From positions 59,272,001-59,336,000 of the forward strand of contig OX597824.1 in assembly GCA_951406725.2 (NCBI GenBank): a stretch of DNA of 64,000 bases, in the 5' to 3' direction. Under the pieces are notes generated by a model. It was not told the DNA's origin and made no database searches. It saw only the letters and a list, made by a program, of their open reading frames with translations. The position numbers and the translations under genes are program-made. Position 1 is the first letter of the stretch. Every line of letters starts with the position of its first letter. Shown piece after piece: positions 56,634 to 64,000 of this stretch. The DNA is from Octopus vulgaris (taxonomy: Eukaryota).

Positions 56634-56848
56634 CGCAATAAAGCGATTTCTGTTCAATCTTCGTTCAACTCCATTTCTTCAATTCACTAATAATATTAAA
56701 ATTCAATTATCCGCACCAACGCACGGTTGCTACACCATATGGTTGTACCTCCAACCGTGCTGTCTTCTGCTGTGATTTTTGCTACCAAGGTATCGGTTAA
56801 ACTTTTGATTAATCTGCAACAAGATTATTCATCTTTCTATTTCACAAA

Positions 56849-56881
<33 letters not shown>

Positions 56882-56959
56882 GTCACATACATACATCTAC
56901 ATAACAGCGCACTATCTATTCTACGTTTATATAAATACAAACTGTGGTAATGGGTGTAT

Positions 56960-58105
56960 GAATATCTACTACGTATATTTTCTATTTAGTACTGGGGTTG
57001 TTTCATTTATAAGGACGTATTCCTGTTTTAGTTTGAGGGTTGGGTCCTTTGAGTGCTTGGGTATAATGAGGATGTCAAGTTGACTCAGGTTGCTTCCATG
57101 TCTTTGGCATGTTGGCAGAGTATGGGGAAGTGCTTGTTGTCGTGATATAGTCTCAAATGTCAATTTAGCCTTTCCGCAATGCTCCTAGATGTCTCCCCTA
57201 TGCATGTCATGTTCATGTATTTACAAGCATCTTCTATGCCTCTTATGCTGTAGACTACATTTCTAGTTCTACAGTTAATGCCACAGCTAATCCTACATAA
57301 CATGCAGATATCATTGGTGCATATGGTATTCTCAAGTGGGTACGTCCTACATTGTTGTGATCTGATGGAATTCCTTGGCTTTTCAACAATCTTAATGTTG
57401 AGTTTGGTCTCCTTCAGAGTTTTCCTAAATCTACGGACTGGTTCTCCATGGGCTGTGGCCTCTACAAATATCACTTCTTGATATTCGTCAGTTTTATACC
57501 ATGTATTCACCCTGTTTGCTTTGTCACAAGGTCTTTTGTATTCTATTCCAGTCTTTGCTTCTATATCTAGGGCAGGTACCACTGGTTTCATTACATATAA
57601 CGTTATCTAACACCCCTGTATACTCGAACCCTATGTTTCTGATCATATCCAGAGAATTGCATACGGTGCATAAAGTTCTGTACATGTTTCTTCGTTTCAT
57701 AGGATTTGCATAGTGGGGACACGTTGTTAATTACCCTAAGTCTGCTATCAGTATGTTAATTTTTATGTTGTGTGACAAAGCTGAGTTCTTGTGAACAACA
57801 TATTTCGAAGCTATGGGTTTCATGTAATACAAGTGGAAGAGCTGCACACTGTTAAGACCAAATCTAGTGACGGTAATGTAGAAACTGAGAGGAACATAAT
57901 GGAAAGTATCCAGCTAGTAGCTAACTCCATCTACCAAAGTATCGAGGTAACTATAGATTAGCCCACTAGGTACCCGAACAACAGACTCCCCATACTTGAT
58001 AATGAACTTTGGTTAGAGACTGTGAACAAAGTGCAGCTCCTCCATTCCTATTACATAAAACCCAGAGTTTCGAAATATGCTGTTCACAAGAATTCAGCTT
58101 TGCCA
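56960..58105 (-). mobile_element. Penelope-like RT thumb/linker/GIY-YIG remnant with a 5' inverted segment (57865-58105 on +)
   Basis: Minus strand: YYMKPIASKYVVHKNSAL...RMQFSGY...VIFVEATAHGE...CRTRNVVYSI...IGETSRSIAERLN. Plus strand: VANSIYQSIEVTID*P...LPILD..LW...YYIKP. 57772-57848 is inverted at about 58030-58106. Confidence 0.85.
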
Positions 58106-58112
58106 CAAGAAC

Positions 58113-58352
58113 TCCACAGTCCCTACACTTAGTTTCACTTCTTGAGTTAGTTGCCGAATAGTTATGCGGCGATCCTTCAAAATATCGGCTTCCACTTTAC
58201 GGATGGTGTCATCATCAATGACAGAATGTTGTCGTCCAGGAATAGGTTACCACCGATATCCGATCACATTTGAATTGGTGATGCCAGTGCTCGACTACGT
58301 CGTATGATAGTGCATCATCAGCATAAAATTCTTTCATCCCATCAGAAGTCTC
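58113..58352 (-). pseudogene. Second mariner transposase N-terminal (HTH) fragment
   Basis: MKEFYADDALSYDVVEHWHHQFK...PGRQHSVIDDDTIRKVEADILKDRRITIRQLTQEVKLSVGTV. Confidence 0.8.
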
Positions 58353-58496
58353 TATTATCGACCTTAGTCGATTTCAGCAACCGTAAAAGACAAACGAATA
58401 CTAGTGGAGACATGTATGATTATACTTGTACAAGTTCTGTCTCCTGCAGAGAGTCAGGAAATTTTTTTTAATGAACTACCTCGTACATGTATACAC

Positions 58497-58599
<103 letters not shown>

Positions 58600-58643
58600 T
58601 ATATATACATATATTAGAAGGTTTGGAGGTAATGTACAGGTAT

Positions 58644-58848
58644 TATATATTAGACAAATAAGGTACTCAGAAATCTGGATAGTTGTACATTTACAGATTT
58701 TTATTAATATGTTTTATTAACATGTTTTTATAAATCATGTAGATGCAAGCGCTAATATATGATTTATAAAAACATGCGACATATTAATAAAGATCTGTAA
58801 ATGTACAACCATCCAGATTTCTGAGTACCTTATTTTTTCTAACATATA
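58644..58848. repeat. About 200-bp hairpin (foldback) element between microsatellites
   Basis: aaataaggtactcagaaatctggatagttgtacatttacagat versus atctgtaaatgtacaaccatccagatttctgagtaccttattt. Confidence 0.85.
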
Positions 58849-58901
58849 CACATATATACATATATATATACATGCGCGATCGCACGCACACATACACACA
58901 T

Positions 58902-60162
<1,261 letters not shown>

Positions 60163-60219
60163 TATATATAGCTAGATATACATATACGTATAAATATACC
60201 ATTCGCATATATATATATG

Positions 60220-60250
<31 letters not shown>

Positions 60251-60302
60251 TTTATGTTATATATATATATATCTACACACACACATACAAATCTATATGT
60301 AC

Positions 60303-60356
<54 letters not shown>

Positions 60357-60362
<6 letters not shown>

Positions 60363-61462
60363 GAAAGAATGGAGTTGAACGACGATTTAACAAATTCCTT
60401 TTATTCTCGACATATGTTTCGAAGACTGCATATTCCATGGCGTCTTAAGGACAGCAATATAACTTTCAAGCTGGATTGGTCCATATTGTCTGTATCCTTT
60501 CCATTTGATAAGGGCAAAAAATTTTGTGGCGTCTGTAATTCCGAACTTTTCCATATACTTTTCGCCAAATTCCCTTTAGTAAATACAATGGTTGAAAAAT
60601 CCTATGGGTGCATGCACTGGCAGAAACACACCTTTCACTCATATGAATGATGATTAATATAGATAACATCCTTGAATTTAATAATTCCGTTCCACTTATA
60701 CAACACCACCATAGACAAATTTTTATACTCATGAAGGACTACTACCTAATTCGTTGGGGTATGTTTTACCTTTGTCTCTCTCCCTCTCCCTCTCTCTCTC
60801 TTTCTCTCTCTCTATCGTAAGCACAATCAAACACACAGACACAAACCTGTCACTTCACCAATAGTTGTTTTGGATATCTACCCATCCACACACACAACCA
60901 CGCACACACATACACACACATAGACACTCAATCTCATTAGAAAAAGCAAGCAACAACACATCACCATTCATATGACTTGCACCCTGTCACCTTCCTATTC
61001 TTAGATCTCTCCCCTTCCAACCTTGATTGAAGTCTTGAACTTTCTAGAATCTTCTACATTCAACCATTTTTGACGTCACTGCTTAAGCGGAATATTTTAA
61101 AGAAACACTCATTATCGCTATGGACACCGTGTGGGCAGTCATCTAAAAGTTTTTGTTCATCATGCTGCTGACATAAGTTCCTTGTCTTTCCTGATGAGAA
61201 GGCGGCATAATGCACCCCTTATTCCTTCGAAATTAGGAATATGCAGTCTTCGAAACATATGTCGAGAATAAAGGAATTTTGTTAAATCGTCGTTCAACTC
61301 CATTCTTTCATTTATTTGTATTTAAAAAAAACGCAAATTTCCACACGAAAGCCCGTGATCTCTGCCCTTGGCATGTAGCTTCAACCGTGTTTTTCTGACG
61401 TGAATTTGCTACCCGGATATCGGTTAACCAAATTATCCATACTAGGATAATTCATTCAATTA

Positions 61463-61464
<2 letters not shown>
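60357..61464 (+). mobile_element. Penelope-like insertion: 80-bp inverted 5' arm, GIY-YIG C-terminus, 3' UTR with HHR and tail, in (TA)n
   Basis: 60357-60436 is inverted at 61236-61315. 60438-60650 reads [42 protein letters not shown]...CMHWQKHTF. The tail resembles 56690-56850. Confidence 0.9.
61186..61268 (+). ncRNA. Type I hammerhead ribozyme
   Basis: uuuc-CUGAUGA-gaaggc...gucuuc-GAAA-cauaug-UC-gaga, with palindromic loop III. Confidence 0.82.
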
Positions 61465-61530
<66 letters not shown>

Positions 61531-61668
61531 GTGGTAGGAAGCTCGGTTCCTAAACGCATGGTTCGGGGTTCAGTACCACTGCCTGGCATCTTGGGCAAGT
61601 GTCTTCTACTATTGCCAGGGGCCGACCAAAGCCTTGTGACTGGATTTAGTGAATGGAAAGAAGCCCGT

Positions 61669-61738
<70 letters not shown>

Positions 61739-62043
61739 TATACATATGTGTGTGTGTTTATCCTTGTGCATATTTTTGTTTTCCACCACCGCCGGATAAC
61801 CAGTGCTGGTTTGCTTTCGTACACGTGATTTAGAAGTTCTTTAGGATTAAACAGAATAAGTACGAGGGTTAAAAAAAAACATTGGTCGATTCATTAGACT
61901 GAAACATTCTTCAACGCGGTAGCTTATATAGATAGATAGATAGATACATAGATAGATATAGATTTTTTCAACGCACTGCCCCAACATGTCTAATTAGTGG
62001 AAGAAGCATATATATATGTGTGTGTGTATGTGTGTGTTTGTGT

Positions 62044-62145
<102 letters not shown>

Positions 62146-62385
62146 GGGTATTTTGTATGTGCATGAATGTATGTCCAATACAATAAAACATGCACTGGTT
62201 GTATTTGACGTCTGCTTTAATAGTTAATTAAGTTAATATTTAATTAATCAATTAAGCAATAATTAATTAACAGCAGCATGGCAGTTCTAAGTTTCAACAA
62301 TATCACTTTCATCATGCAATTTCATATCAACAATTTTGCAAAAACAAATACAACTGATATATATATATATGTATGTATCTATGTA

Positions 62386-62494
<109 letters not shown>

Positions 62495-63145
62495 GTATAT
62501 GTCTAAATGAATATACGTGTCTTTCTGTGTTTATATTTGTTTACTTCTGTGTCTGTCTCGGTGTGTATCTGTATGTCAGATTGTATATGTATGTATGTGT
62601 ATTTTGTGTATGTTTGTTATCCTGTGTGATTGTTGCGAGAGTATTTTCGTGTGCGTACCGTATAAAATTTGACTTCCAAAACAATTTTGTCCGTATGCAT
62701 ATGTGTGTGTGTCTATATATGCATGTGTGTGTGTATGTTTGTGTACCTCTTCTTCGAAAGCTTCATCAGAACCTCGAATGCGAAGTGCACTTTCCCTAGC
62801 CATAGCTCTTTCCATTGCCATCAGCATAAACTTTCTCACTCATAACGCCTGTATGTTCTGAAAATCTAACTTTCCCAAATATAGTGCAGTTCATATTCAA
62901 GAGTTAAACGAAGCTATAGGATGTTATCCTGATACTCAACTAAGAGCGCACCACATCTTATAGCAGAAACAGCTGTAAGATAAGGAAGTTCATTACATAA
63001 CATTTTATTTTTCTGGTGTCATCTCTTTGTTTTCTGTCACCACTCTGCACTCATATAGCATTGTGCTCTGGACCATACGTATATTGAGTTATTAGTCTCG
63101 TTATGCCTAAGCGAAATATATATATATATATACATACACATATAT

Positions 63146-63428
63146 AGAAAACAAGGACGGGTCATTCGGAGTTTTCTAACGCTAGTCGAGTTCCAGTTTA
63201 TCTTTGCAATTTCGGCTAGTTATACTCGAGATTGCTCCAGGCCAGATTTGAGCAATCTCGAGTATAACCAACCGAAATTGCAAAGATGATCTAGAACTCA
63301 ACTGCTGATAGAAAAACTCCAAATGACCCGTACTTGTTTTCTTTGTATCGTCTGCCTGGGTATTTTGTTGTCCCTTTTTGTATCACCTGTCTGGATGTTT
63401 TGCATTCTTGTCCCATTTTTTGTATTTT
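63146..63428. mobile_element. Family B foldback element
   Basis: Arms about 63146-63237 and 63250-63341, followed by a right-hand extension homologous to 8545-8610. Confidence 0.75.
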
Positions 63429-63462
63429 TTACATATAAAATATAGCGGCGTACGACACTTTG

Positions 63463-63528
<66 letters not shown>

Positions 63529-63621
63529 TCTAGCGATTTCATATTACTAGCAGACCGTCTATCTGGAGGAGGCTTCCTCTTGGGGTTGAAAATGGTAGTA
63601 ACATCGGTTCGTACGTAACAG

Positions 63622-63664
<43 letters not shown>

Positions 63665-63777
63665 GCAAAAACAATTAAGATTCAAGTGAATTCCAATGAA
63701 TTCAAATGAATATGGTACTTAACTTAGATGCACCAGAATTCTTTATGGTATTAACCATAAAATAATGTGGGGTGATT

Positions 63778-63980
63778 ATAAGCAAGAAAAAGCAACAAGA
63801 ATGGATTAGTAGTTTAGTACAATTGTTTCATACTAAGAGCACTTTTATTTGAAGTTGTAAATATTGCAGCTAATACATTTGTATTTGCTGCAATATTTGC
63901 AGCTTCAGATAAAAGTACTCTTAGTATGAAACAATTGTACTAAACTACTAATCCATTCTTGTTGCTTTTTTCTTGGTTAT
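63778..63980. repeat. Near-perfect 200-bp hairpin containing the 3' half of an HHR
   Basis: The arms pair up to the apex aataca-tt-tgtatt (about 63879). GAAA-caauug-UA lies at 63928-63939. Confidence 0.85.
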
Positions 63981-64000
63981 TTATATATATATATGTGTGT

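Larger units (their letters stand above)
55300..56850. mobile_element. Young Penelope-like insertion: 344-bp inverted pLTR arms around a minus-strand GIY-YIG C-terminus, in (TA)n
   Basis: 55300-55643 versus 56346-56689 shows about 3 mismatches. 56345->56111 reads TTGLSKLIWRLK...[31 protein letters not shown]...CPHW. A ~160-nt extension follows the right arm. Confidence 0.92.

Overview
AT-rich, microsatellite-saturated eukaryotic DNA with no host protein-coding gene that I can support; it is probably intronic or intergenic. The SINE families and the (TA)n/(CA)n/(TAGA)n/(TTA)n load suggest an octopus or other coleoid cephalopod genome (inference). Almost all supplied ORFs are microsatellite artefacts. 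The real coding remnants are transposon-derived: a TIR-bounded mariner, a decayed RTE LINE, HERO and R4/Dong RLE fragments, a Helitron carrying a pogo-type Brinker DNA-binding domain fragment, and many Penelope-like element (PLE) RT and GIY-YIG fragments. The main hidden signal is about a dozen minimal type I hammerhead ribozyme (HHR) motifs, intact to degenerate. Most have a palindromic loop III, and they lie in PLE 3' UTRs and in non-coding foldback elements inserted into (TA)n tracts. One non-coding element (12475-13730) looks retrozyme-like: its tandem unit restarts at the predicted cleavage site. All pairings and alignments were made by eye, and repeat boundaries are approximate.
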